Of a DNA stretch of 64,000 nucleotides, positions 49,148 to 58,290 are shown piece by piece. The stretch's first letter is position 1. Every line of letters begins with the position of its first letter. The translations under genes were made by a program, and so were the position numbers. The stretch spans positions 320,001 to 384,000 of the forward strand of contig JBMNIW010000001.1 of NCBI GenBank assembly GCA_050951325.1, read 5' to 3'. Below the pieces are notes generated by a model, which searched no databases, was not told the DNA's origin, and worked only from the letters and a program-made list of their open reading frames with translations. Source of the stretch: Clostridia bacterium. Lineage in GTDB: Bacteria; Bacillota; Clostridia; UBA1212; DUPL01.

Positions 49148-50998
49148 GGTTAATTGAAAAAGTAAACGCAAAATGGAAGTAGTAAATGCAATTTGTAAAA
49201 GTAAACGCAATTTGCAAAAGTAAATGCAACGGTAATTTCTGTAAATAACAGAGAAATCGTTGTATTTTTTGCTGTTTTGCCCTATAATCGAAGGTGAAAG
49301 GTGAAGTTTGTATATATTTTGGGACATGACAATCTAACCTTGCGTTTTTCTCGATTTTTACGAAGAAGTAAACGCAAAGTAATATATTACCATATCTGCC
49401 TGCCTGGAGTTGCTTTAAGCACTTATTATTTTAGTAGTTGTGGTGTCAAAATAATCTCTTCTGCGGGTATTTCAACAAGCCCAAGTTTGTTTGCAAGCTC
49501 ATCACCATATATTGCTTTAAAAACAGCAATAGGTGACTTTTTCCCAAGCCGAGGCCTTGGGTATGAATTAACATGGTTTGTTATCATGTCCGTCTTTTTC
49601 CGCGTGAGGGCAGAAAAGGACGAGCCTTTAGGCAAAATGTAGCGGAAAAACTCATGGTTCCGTTCACATTTTGCCTTTTGGTTTGAATTCATTGGGTCAC
49701 AGTAGAATACTCTCGTTTGGATTTCCCCTGTATCCTTATTAACTTCTATAGCGACTGGATCGGTGAACTCTGTGCCCCTATCAGCTAAGATGCATTTGAA
49801 GAGTTTTGAGTATTCAGAATCTGTCAACTTTGATCTCAGCTCATCAAATATCTCTGTAACTGAACGAGCGGTATTGTAACTGCGGTAGAAGTAGAGCTGT
49901 AAATCACAGTTTCTTAACAACAATGACAGGACTACTCCTACTTCGCCTTGTTTTCCTACAATAGAGTCCATTTCAACAACATTAGGATTATTATTTTGCT
50001 CCAGATATTTCTCAAAATCCGTGTAAGTTCTGTCTTTATAACATTGCTTGTCAACTTTTACTGCTGGTCCTGCTTTTTTGCGTGGCCTTCTTTGGACAGT
50101 ACGTTGCAAATCAGTTGGCTTTGCTGATAAAAGTCCCTTGTTTACATACTTGTACACACTTCGCTCTGAAAGATTTAAGACATCTTTTTCATCTGCACAT
50201 ATTGAATGTATAGATTGGCCTTTTTGTAATCTTGGTGAAACTATTTCATCAATACGGTTCAGCTCTTCACTAGTAACAGAAATGCCTTTCCTAGATTCTG
50301 AAAGTTTATCTTGGTAGGCATTTTGCGCTTTTGCAGCATCGTATACATATTTAGAAAGTGGACATCTTGGCTTCTTTTCACAACTGTTGCAAACGTACGG
50401 TGGCGAATCATATTTTTTACAGATCTCTTCTTCAAACTCACTGCAGTAATCGTTGCAACCACCACATATTTTGCAATTACGCTTATGTATTGCAGTGCAT
50501 GTAGGTTTCTTGCATTTACCTGATATCTTGCAATCGAAGCGTTTTAAGCACGCATTTTTGGTTTGCATTGTTGTAACATCTTTACGATTGATAAAAACAC
50601 GATGGTTCTTAACTTCTCTCATAATGGTACTGACTGATCTGCCAAGGCAGATTGCAATGTCTGAGTAAGACTTACCTTCTTTAAGTAATTGCTGAATACT
50701 TATTCTATCCTCAATAGTAAAATGTTTGCCCATGTATTATTACTCCTTTCTTACTCCGGGCAGACACTTATATATATACCACATGTTTTAAGATAAAAGT
50801 AGTAGCAATTTATATAGGTATCTTTACAAGAATTAGAAAGTTCAGGAGCTAACCAGCAATCTTGTCCAGTTCAGAGTGCTGTTTGCATTTAAGAAGAGGT
50901 AAATGCAAACTAAGCAATGAACAACTGAAGATACTAAACCATAACATGTGGAAGAAGTAAATGCAAAGAAGCCTTTGCATTTAAAAATTCAAATGACC
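49148..50998 (-). mobile_element. Complete IS30-family element with 25-bp imperfect IRs and 13-bp flanking direct repeats
   Basis: IR GGTTAATTGAAAAAGTAAACGCAAA (49148-49172) / TTTGCATTTAAAAATTCAAATGACC (50974-50998); DR TTCGTCGAAAGAC at 49135-49147 and 50999-51011. Confidence 0.88.
49426..50733 (-). CDS. IS30-family DDE transposase with Cys-rich insert
   Basis: N-terminal HTH (IAICLGRSVSTIMREVK), EMDSIVG, DRGTEF, QKAKCERNH, NSYPR. Confidence 0.92.
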   Translation of the reverse strand: MGKHFTIEDRISIQQLLKEGKSYSDIAICLGRSVSTIMREVKNHRVFINRKDVTTMQTKNACLKRFDCKISGKCKKPTCTAIHKRNCKICGGCNDYCSEFEEEICKKYDSPPYVCNSCEKKPRCPLSKYVYDAAKAQNAYQDKLSESRKGISVTSEELNRIDEIVSPRLQKGQSIHSICADEKDVLNLSERSVYKYVNKGLLSAKPTDLQRTVQRRPRKKAGPAVKVDKQCYKDRTYTDFEKYLEQNNNPNVVEMDSIVGKQGEVGVVLSLLLRNCDLQLYFYRSYNTARSVTEIFDELRSKLTDSEYSKLFKCILADRGTEFTDPVAIEVNKDTGEIQTRVFYCDPMNSNQKAKCERNHEFFRYILPKGSSFSALTRKKTDMITNHVNSYPRPRLGKKSPIAVFKAIYGDELANKLGLVEIPAEEIILTPQLLK

Positions 50999-51108
50999 TT
51001 CGTCGAAAGACACTAGATAAGTTTGATTGACATCTTACGGATTGCTGATAAAATGGAAGTAGTTTTAGCATTACACTTTATCCATTGAATAAAAAGGGGG
51101 TGTGTGAA

Positions 51109-51564
51109 ATGGTCGACGCAAACGGTGAATTAGAAAAACACGATATTGAGAAAATCGAAAAAGAAATGAAAGAGTTCGGCGAAGAACTAGAACTTTTCAT
51201 ATCAAGAATGGGATGGTCCAAAGAGGAAGTCCTTAAGGAATTGGAGGAAATGGAAAGAGATTACGAGAACGGAGTTCCATTCTCGGATTGTGTAATGATG
51301 AACGCTCCAAAGTTCGCAAAACTGAAGCAAATCGAGAGTCTTGCAACACAGTTGCTTGACGAGTTTGATAAAATTGAAGTATTAGACAAACCGAACTTTC
51401 CTCATGGCGATGTCACCATAACCACAGGTTATGCCTCGTGGTTTAATAAACATTTTGAGATACTGTTACAAATTTTGAATTTGGCAGACGGCGTTACGGT
51501 AGAGGGTTATAAAGATATTGCTAGAATCACTTTTAGAGTAAGCCATATCTATAATTCTGTCTAG
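51109..51564 (+). CDS. Hypothetical acidic protein
   Basis: ORF with TTGACA/TAAAAT promoter at ~51027-51056 and terminator at 51563-51595. Confidence 0.6.
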   Translation: MVDANGELEKHDIEKIEKEMKEFGEELELFISRMGWSKEEVLKELEEMERDYENGVPFSDCVMMNAPKFAKLKQIESLATQLLDEFDKIEVLDKPNFPHGDVTITTGYASWFNKHFEILLQILNLADGVTVEGYKDIARITFRVSHIYNSV

Positions 51565-51641
51565 AGAGGGTGAAACAAGTTACCCTCTCTTTTATATACT
51601 GATTATTAAATATTGAGAGAAAAGAATAAAAACAACTTAAC

Positions 51642-52448
51642 TTAACTAACCTTTTTACTCTCCTTATTTCTAAATTTTACTGTTAAGATAATGGATACAA
51701 CAAGTTCAAAGATAAAAACCATATAAACTTTCCAGTTTAGATCTAGCTGCAGATACCCTTCACTTCCTATGTATACGGCTAATCCAATACAACCATTGAA
51801 AAATGCATGGGTTAGCACACATAAGAATACATTCTTTGTAAATTTGTATAATGCGGTGAAACTGAAACTTAGAATAATGGCTAGAACTGTATACATAAAA
51901 AAGGGCAGTGCACTTTGTACTGTCCCTGCTATAAACCATAAAGGTAAATGCCAGACACTCCAAACTACACCTACAATAAGGACAGAAGTTAAATAGTTAG
52001 TCATATTCTCTAGTTTAGGTTGCAAATAGCCACGCCAACCTATTTCCTCAAACCCGCCTCCAATAATATAAAGGGGTAGGTTAATAAACATATATAGGAT
52101 TGAAATGGGTTCTTGGATTCCGAAAGCAAACCAGACAATTAGAAAACGCCAACAAGCAAACAAGCCAAAGATTAACCATGCTTTCTTATCTTTACTTCCT
52201 TTAAAAACTAGGTTAATATAAGTCTTAAATGAAGTTTCTTTGTTAAATTGCCTATAAACTATGTATGCACCAATGGGAGGACCTAGAGCACCTATCAACA
52301 TAGGTATCCAAGTCAATAGCTCCCCATACCAAAGGGCATCAAAAAATCGATTAGCTATAATTATTATTAGCCAAAATAGCCAGGATATAGAAAAAGTATA
52401 TATTAAAAATAATACAATTTCCTTTATGGGCTGTTTTCTTCCAGTCAC
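51642..52448 (-). CDS. CPBP intramembrane metalloprotease
   Basis: FEEIGWRGY, WSVWHLP, HAFFN. Confidence 0.9.
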   Translation of the reverse strand: MTGRKQPIKEIVLFLIYTFSISWLFWLIIIIANRFFDALWYGELLTWIPMLIGALGPPIGAYIVYRQFNKETSFKTYINLVFKGSKDKKAWLIFGLFACWRFLIVWFAFGIQEPISILYMFINLPLYIIGGGFEEIGWRGYLQPKLENMTNYLTSVLIVGVVWSVWHLPLWFIAGTVQSALPFFMYTVLAIILSFSFTALYKFTKNVFLCVLTHAFFNGCIGLAVYIGSEGYLQLDLNWKVYMVFIFELVVSIILTVKFRNKESKKVS

Positions 52449-52482
52449 GTTCTTCCTCCTTAATATTAGCTAAGATTTTTAG

Positions 52483-53340
52483 CTATCTCAAATATTCATC
52501 GAAGTTATTATACTTAACCTCAGTAATCTCAAAATTAAACCAATTAAAATCACCTGTATCTAACTTCCAGGTAACGTCTCCTTTAGTAGGAATCCATATT
52601 CCTTCAAACTCCTTATATTCCCTTACAGGAATTGACCAGGTTTCTAGTCTTATCTCCCCATTAAAATCACCATATCTTTCAGCTTCAAAATTAATAACCT
52701 GACCCATATCGTTAAACGCAAAAATGCCTGAAGCGGATATATCACCATAAGTCATAGTAGCTTTAGCGTGATATTGGTCTAACTCTTCCCAAACAATGTA
52801 TTCATTTAGCGCTGCTGAAGGGAACCAGATGGACTCTGCTAAATATCTTAATAAAGTGCCTTGATCTATTTCTTTTCCCTTGGAGTCGGCTACAGTAAAC
52901 AACGAAAGAATTTTGATTAGCATATTTCCTTTGCCATTTTCGTATTTATCTCTTCCCGAAATGTGGAATAGAGGGGCTGCCTTAATGTTTGCTTTCCATA
53001 CGAAGCCAGGTTCATCAGTAGTAAAGTATTGTTCTGCTTCCACTGGCATCCATGACTTGTCATTTTCTAATCTCATTTCTGCTTTTTGCTTAACGTAAAC
53101 AGATACTATTTTTTCTTTTCCAATAACACCAGAGTATTCAAGCCATTTTTGGACATTAGGAGGTAACTCAGATATATCATCCTGGGTTACAATTTCTCCC
53201 TTGTTTTTCACCTTGCTAAATAACCCCTTAATCTCCTTCTCAACTTTCTTGTTAAATACATATTTTGCAATAGCAGAAACAACTAGATATATAGCCAAGA
53301 GTACGACTATAGTTATAAGCACAATCTTTAATATTTTTAT
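52483..53340 (-). CDS. DUF6544-like membrane-anchored protein
   Basis: LPPNVQKWL, PGFVW, RYLAESIWFP; GGGAGG SD precedes in-frame ATA at 53340. Confidence 0.7.
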   Translation of the reverse strand: MKILKIVLITIVVLLAIYLVVSAIAKYVFNKKVEKEIKGLFSKVKNKGEIVTQDDISELPPNVQKWLEYSGVIGKEKIVSVYVKQKAEMRLENDKSWMPVEAEQYFTTDEPGFVWKANIKAAPLFHISGRDKYENGKGNMLIKILSLFTVADSKGKEIDQGTLLRYLAESIWFPSAALNEYIVWEELDQYHAKATMTYGDISASGIFAFNDMGQVINFEAERYGDFNGEIRLETWSIPVREYKEFEGIWIPTKGDVTWKLDTGDFNWFNFEITEVKYNNFDEYLR

Positions 53341-53603
53341 GTAAATCTACCTCCCATTCATTTTTACCACAAACCACATCAATACATACTATTAACTAAT
53401 ATATATCTCATTACCCACAATTCCCATCTTCTTTAATGATACAATATATTTGGTTATTTGTATATGTTTGGATGATATCCTAAACAAACTTTAGCGTTAA
53501 AATAAAATAAGCAGGAACAAAGCCGCTAAACCCACATCCTGCCTACCTATATTATCTGAATTAATGACAACAACTGTAAAATGTATGATTCAAGGTATTA
53601 ACA

Positions 53604-54200
53604 CTACTGATTGTTCTTTGAACTTAGCTTTTTCTTTAATAGCCAACCAATTAACAATCCAACTAGGATACCAATGGCATGGGCAGGACCTCCCACAGAT
53701 ACCTGAGGGTTCTGTATCGTTAATATTGCATTTACAACAAATAATGCTATTAACCAGTATTTAGATTTAGACTTTAGAATTATTGCATTAGGCTGAAGCA
53801 TAACATAAGTAGCCACTATTCCAAAAGATGCTGCTGAAGCTCCTGCAATTAGTCCGCCATTATATCCAATTAGTGAAGCATATACTAAAACTGATAAGCT
53901 ACCAATAAACCCACAAAGGATATACGCTATGTAAACTACTTTTGCATTTGTTTCTTTATAAAGCTCAGTTCCAAAGACAAGAACCAAAAACATGTTTAAT
54001 AGAATATGTATTAGTAGTTCATGAGAGAAAAAGACAGTTATTAAGGTCCATGGTTTTTCTAAAGCTATTTTAGGTTCAGCATTTAGCAGAAAAACATCAC
54101 GAAGATCTGGAAAGGCATTTAAAGCGATAAAGACAATTATATTGATACATATGAGTATCAATACAGCATAGTTTTTATTAAAATATTTTTTTAGACTCAT
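53604..54200 (-). CDS. Rhomboid family intramembrane serine protease
   Basis: HILLNM, GASA, AHAIG. Confidence 0.85.
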   Translation of the reverse strand: MSLKKYFNKNYAVLILICINIIVFIALNAFPDLRDVFLLNAEPKIALEKPWTLITVFFSHELLIHILLNMFLVLVFGTELYKETNAKVVYIAYILCGFIGSLSVLVYASLIGYNGGLIAGASAASFGIVATYVMLQPNAIILKSKSKYWLIALFVVNAILTIQNPQVSVGGPAHAIGILVGLLIGWLLKKKLSSKNNQ

Positions 54201-54323
54201 TTTATCTCCTCCAATACTTATTGTTGCCACTATATCATTATGCAAATATTATAATAAATCCATATTTTGATGACAATTACTCAAGAAAAAAACCCGTCTT
54301 CCGTCATAAGGTACTAGTATAAT

Positions 54324-54498
54324 CCGTAGTTCCAAAATAGATATGCATTGTTATTAACTTATAAACCTTGAAAAACCTACGTTTTATTTGTGTTTACACC
54401 AGAAAAATCTGGTGTTTTTTTCTTGCAAAAAAATTTATGTATGATATAATAATAGTACTTCATAGTACCCTGAAAACGGAGGATTAACATGGCATACT
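54324..54498 (+). mobile_element. Probable 5' remnant of an earlier IS (IS1634-like) interrupted after its third codon
   Basis: CCGTAGTTCCAAAA end-like sequence, TTGCAA/TATAAT promoter, GGAGG SD, ATG GCA TAC then second element. Confidence 0.45.
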
Positions 54499-56253
54499 CG
54501 ATAGTTTGACACTTGCTCACATATCCGATTTTCAGAAAAGCTCATAATATGAGCTTTTTTTATATATTTTTTGTCAAATTTCCCTAGTTAGCTATTGCGT
54601 AATGTCTCGTAATGTGATATAATATCAGGTATTGGAGGTGTCATTATGGCTATTAGAGTATCAATATCTAAATCAAAAAATGCCAAGTCATACTATCTGA
54701 TAGAAGATGTTGTGAAAAATGGAAAGAGAACAACGCAGATAAGAGAAAAACTTGGCACTCATGAGGAACTGCTTAAAGAACTTAACGGACAAGATCCGTA
54801 TGAATGGGCTAAGAAATACGCCGAGGAACTAAATAGAAAAGAAAAAGAAAACGAACAGGAAAAGAATATTATCGTTAAGTATTCCCCCACCAAGCAAATT
54901 ATGAAGAATAAACAGAATACATTTAATGGCGGTTACCTGTTCTTGCAGAAAATCTATTATGAACTGGGTTTGCATAAGATTTGCGATGAAATATCTGAAA
55001 AATACAAGTTTGAATATGACTTGAACTCAATACTCTCGAGACTACTATACAGTAGAATAATATACCCTTCCTCAAAACTATCTACGTATAAATTATCAAA
55101 AAGATTTTTTGAGCAGCCCAATTTTGACTTGCATCATATATACCGGGCCTTAAGTGTTTTGGCGGAAGAAAATGATTTCATACAAGCCACAATCTATGAG
55201 AACAGCAAAAAAATATGCAATAGAAATACCAAAATACTATACTACGACTGTACAAACTATTATTTTGAAATTGATTACGAGGAAGATGACAAGAGATATG
55301 GTTATGGGAAGGATCATAAGCCAAATCCCATAGTGCAAATGGGACTGTTCATGGACGGAAGCGGCATCCCTCTTGCTTTTAGCATCAATAGAGGTAATGC
55401 CAATGAACAAACAACAATGGTACCACTGGAAGAAAAGATACTATCTGACTTTAATCTGGCAAAATTTATTGTTTGTACAGATGCCGGATTGTCATCAACA
55501 GCAAACCGGAAATTCAACGACAAAGGCGACAGGGCTTTTATCACAACCCAGTCTGTAAAAAAACTAAAAGAACACTTGAAAAACTGGGCCTTGAAACCGA
55601 CGGGATGGAGTTTGCCAAATGACAGTACAGAATATGACATCAGCAAACTTGATGAAGAAGAATACAAGGACAAGGTTTTTTACAAAGATCGTTGGATTAA
55701 GGAAGACGGTTTGGAACAGAAACTAATAGTGACATTTTCATTCAAGTACAGAAAATATCAACAGCAAAAGCGCCAAGTTCATATCGAAAAGGCATTAAGC
55801 TTGCTTGAAACAGAACCGCAAAAATCAAACAAGAAGCGAAACAGCGACTACAAACGTTTTATCAAAAGCGTTAATTGCACAGAAAGTGGAGAGATAGCCG
55901 ATAATGAAGTTTATTATATTGACGAAGAACTTATTGCCAACGAGCAGAAATATGATGGGTTCTATGCGGTATGCACAAACCTTGATGATGATGCTTCAGA
56001 AATTGCAAAAATCAACCATAGACGCTGGGAAATAGAAGAATGTTTTAGAATAATGAAAAGTGAGTTCAAAGCCAGACCTGTTCATTTGAAAGACAAGGAT
56101 AGGATACTTGCACATTTTGCTACATGTTTTATGGCATTAATTCTGTATAGAATACTCGAGAAAAGACTTGAAGAAAAATATACATGCTGTGAAATTATTC
56201 AGTGTTTGAGAGATATGAATTTTACAGACGAAAATGGGTATGGATACAAACCT
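54499..56253 (+). mobile_element. IS1634-family element; transposase (start 54646) 3'-truncated, right end deleted
   Basis: YYDCTNYYFE, QMGL, TDAGL, RWEIEECFRIMK; after GYGYKP the frame reads antisense of the neighbouring ATPase. Confidence 0.85.
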
Positions 56254-56582
56254 TTATTAGAGTATTTTTTTCGAATTTCTAAATATCCTTGTTCATTAAG
56301 TAGGTGTTCTCGACTTAAAGATGTAGATACTCTCTCATCCAATACAATTTCCTCAGGTAGCTCGTCAAATGAACAGCCAATTTCTGTGTCTTCATCAGTG
56401 AGAAAGACATTCTTGTCTTTTAGATCGATTTTTGTTTGATTAAAAAATATATCAAGGGCCTCAAGAATTGTTGATTTCCCAACATCATTTTTCCCTATTA
56501 ATGCAGTTATTGCATCGATACGGATTCTGGTTTCGTGGCTATATCCACGGAAATTCTTTATTATGACCTCTTTTAATTTCAT
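56251..56582 (-). pseudogene. OLD/AAA_15-type ABC ATPase, 5' fragment
   Basis: IKNFRG and Walker A GKNDVGKSTILEAL; truncated at about 110 aa where it abuts the transposase. Confidence 0.8.
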
Positions 56583-56606
56583 AATCACACCTCTATTATC
56601 TTAAAT

Positions 56607-56721
56607 ATCCAACCTGACCACACAACCTCAAAAACTTCCGAAAAAACATCTAACCTGACCACTCACGACCCCTGACATCTAACCCGACCACTCGCGGGGC
56701 TATGACATCTAACCTGACCAC
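56607..56721 (+). repeat. Four direct repeats ATC(T/C)AACC(T/C)GACCAC
   Basis: Copies at 56607, 56648, 56677, 56707. Confidence 0.9.
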
Positions 56722-56859
56722 TTGACTATCAAAAACCGCTCTTATGGACTTGTTCCCGCGAAGCAAAAAAATCTCATTTTTGTTTGATGGATTTTACACC
56801 CATATGTGCTAAAAGCCTTGATATATAAGCCTTTCTCACATACTCACTCTTTTACCCTC

Positions 56860-56916
56860 GACATCAATGTCACGCACTCAACGTGTGATAGGTAGGTGTT
56901 CGCGGAAACAAGTCCA
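56860..56916 (-). other. att-like junction of a serine-recombinase element (rlmD-derived)
   Basis: Minus strand GAC TTG TTT CCG CGA ACA (DLFPRT) ... CAC GTT GAG TGC GTG (HVECV) then ATTGATGTC arm. Confidence 0.65.
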
Positions 56917-56990
56917 AAATGCAATGAAAACGCTTGATTTTACAGGCGTTTTACGCATTCATCAGAAGTGCCGACGTCCAATCTGTTAAC

Positions 56991-57398
56991 TCACATAAGT
57001 AGGCTATTCTGCAATTTCCTAACCAGCGTCACATCAGCAGGGAGCCAATTAACATTGAACAATTCATTTTTATTAAGCCATCTTGCAGATTCTGCTTCCT
57101 TAAGAATAATCTCTCCATCTATCACAACACACCAAAAGCAATACATACTTAAATGAAAATCAGAATAATCATACTCGATGGTCTCAATCAGTTCACTGAC
57201 CTCGATTTTTACGGCGAGTTCCTCTTGGATTTCTCTTATTAGTGCTTGTTGCGGTATTTCTCCAGCTTCAATCTTACCTCCAGGAAATTCCCATTGTCCT
57301 TTAAACTCGCCACAACCTCTGGCGGTAGCAAAAATCTTTGTAGGGTTTTCCAAAGAATCGCAAATGACTGCAGCTACCACTTTTATTGTTTTCATCAC
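56991..57398 (-). CDS. Nudix hydrolase, MutT/NudG-like
   Basis: WEFPGGKIEAGE...ALIREIQEEL Nudix box, WLPAD. Confidence 0.92.
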   Translation of the reverse strand: MMKTIKVVAAVICDSLENPTKIFATARGCGEFKGQWEFPGGKIEAGEIPQQALIREIQEELAVKIEVSELIETIEYDYSDFHLSMYCFWCVVIDGEIILKEAESARWLNKNELFNVNWLPADVTLVRKLQNSLLM

Positions 57399-57399
57399 A

Positions 57400-58272
57400 T
57401 TATTCCTCAGCTAAAAAGTCAGATATGTAGTTAATTTCAGAAAGATAGCTATTATTTATTACGGAAGCCTCAACAAATATCTTTGCAAGCTCACGATTAA
57501 TCTCAAACAGGTATCCCATATTTCCGTTTCCATTCTTATCAAACGGAGAATATTTCACCTGGCATAATCTAATAATATCATCTTTAAACATTGATGTTTT
57601 TACAGGATTCCTAATTTCTATGTAATCACAATCAACTCTACGGCCGTCACGCTCCCATAGCCCTTCAACTGTTAATTCGTTTGGTTGAACACATTCATAA
57701 CAAGGCGCCTTTGCAGTACTAATTGCTTTTACATATCCATCATAGCCATGTAGGATTATATCACCCTTGCGAACATCAAGAAGGCGTGTCCAGTGATGAG
57801 GCATAGTTCCTGCTTTATTTGAAATAGGTGCCCATATATACCCGCCACTAAACTCTTTGTCAAAGGTGTTCCCTTGGAAAACAAAGAATGTCATACGCTT
57901 ACCTTCAATACGCTGAGAACGAGCAACTGGCTTCGGAATATATCCTGTTTTATGTGATACTGCAGCACCCTTTACTACTTCCGCAGCGATTTTTCTTTCT
58001 TCCTCAACTTTGCGAGCTGCTAGTTCTGCCTGACGTCTTTCTTCCTCAGCCTTTTTTACAGTCTTGATTTCGTCCATAATTGAAGCCTGTACTGACGCAT
58101 CATCAGCCACTATGAACTTTTCAAAGGAGTCTGGGTATAGAAACTTCGATTCTTTCGCCGCAAATTTGATAGTCAAATAATTACCTGAAACCTCTGTTAT
58201 AACACCTTGACCAAAGGCTTTATGTTTTACTTTTATATTTAATAAATCTACACCATTCATTATAATCTCCAC
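57400..58272 (-). CDS. SH3/Tudor-like domain + coiled linker + EVE/PUA-like domain protein
   Basis: VKHKAFGQGVI...FLYPDSF N-terminus; FFVFQGNTFDKE..GGYIWAP...GDIILH...GNGNMGYL resembles the reader domain of EVE-HNH modification-dependent nucleases. Confidence 0.6.
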   Translation of the reverse strand: MEIIMNGVDLLNIKVKHKAFGQGVITEVSGNYLTIKFAAKESKFLYPDSFEKFIVADDASVQASIMDEIKTVKKAEEERRQAELAARKVEEERKIAAEVVKGAAVSHKTGYIPKPVARSQRIEGKRMTFFVFQGNTFDKEFSGGYIWAPISNKAGTMPHHWTRLLDVRKGDIILHGYDGYVKAISTAKAPCYECVQPNELTVEGLWERDGRRVDCDYIEIRNPVKTSMFKDDIIRLCQVKYSPFDKNGNGNMGYLFEINRELAKIFVEASVINNSYLSEINYISDFLAEE

Positions 58273-58290
58273 CTTATAACATGTAAATTT

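Noticed and set aside
49162-49229. Tandem 19-20 nt repeats as CRISPR or replication iterons
   Set aside because: They are copies of the IS30 terminal IR core and lie inside the element
9879-54200. Integron-like cassette array (many small co-oriented GNAT/DUF genes)
   Set aside because: No tyrosine integron integrase and no recurring attC-like palindrome between genes; genes have their own promoters and terminators, and strand bias can reflect replication orientation
56254-56439. C-terminal extension of the IS1634 transposase
   Set aside because: It is antisense read-through of the truncated ATPase gene, not a real domain
56607-56721. Possible mini-CRISPR array
   Set aside because: Repeats are only ~15-16 nt with 14-26 nt spacers that partly resemble each other, and no cas genes are present; better explained as element-end binding sites
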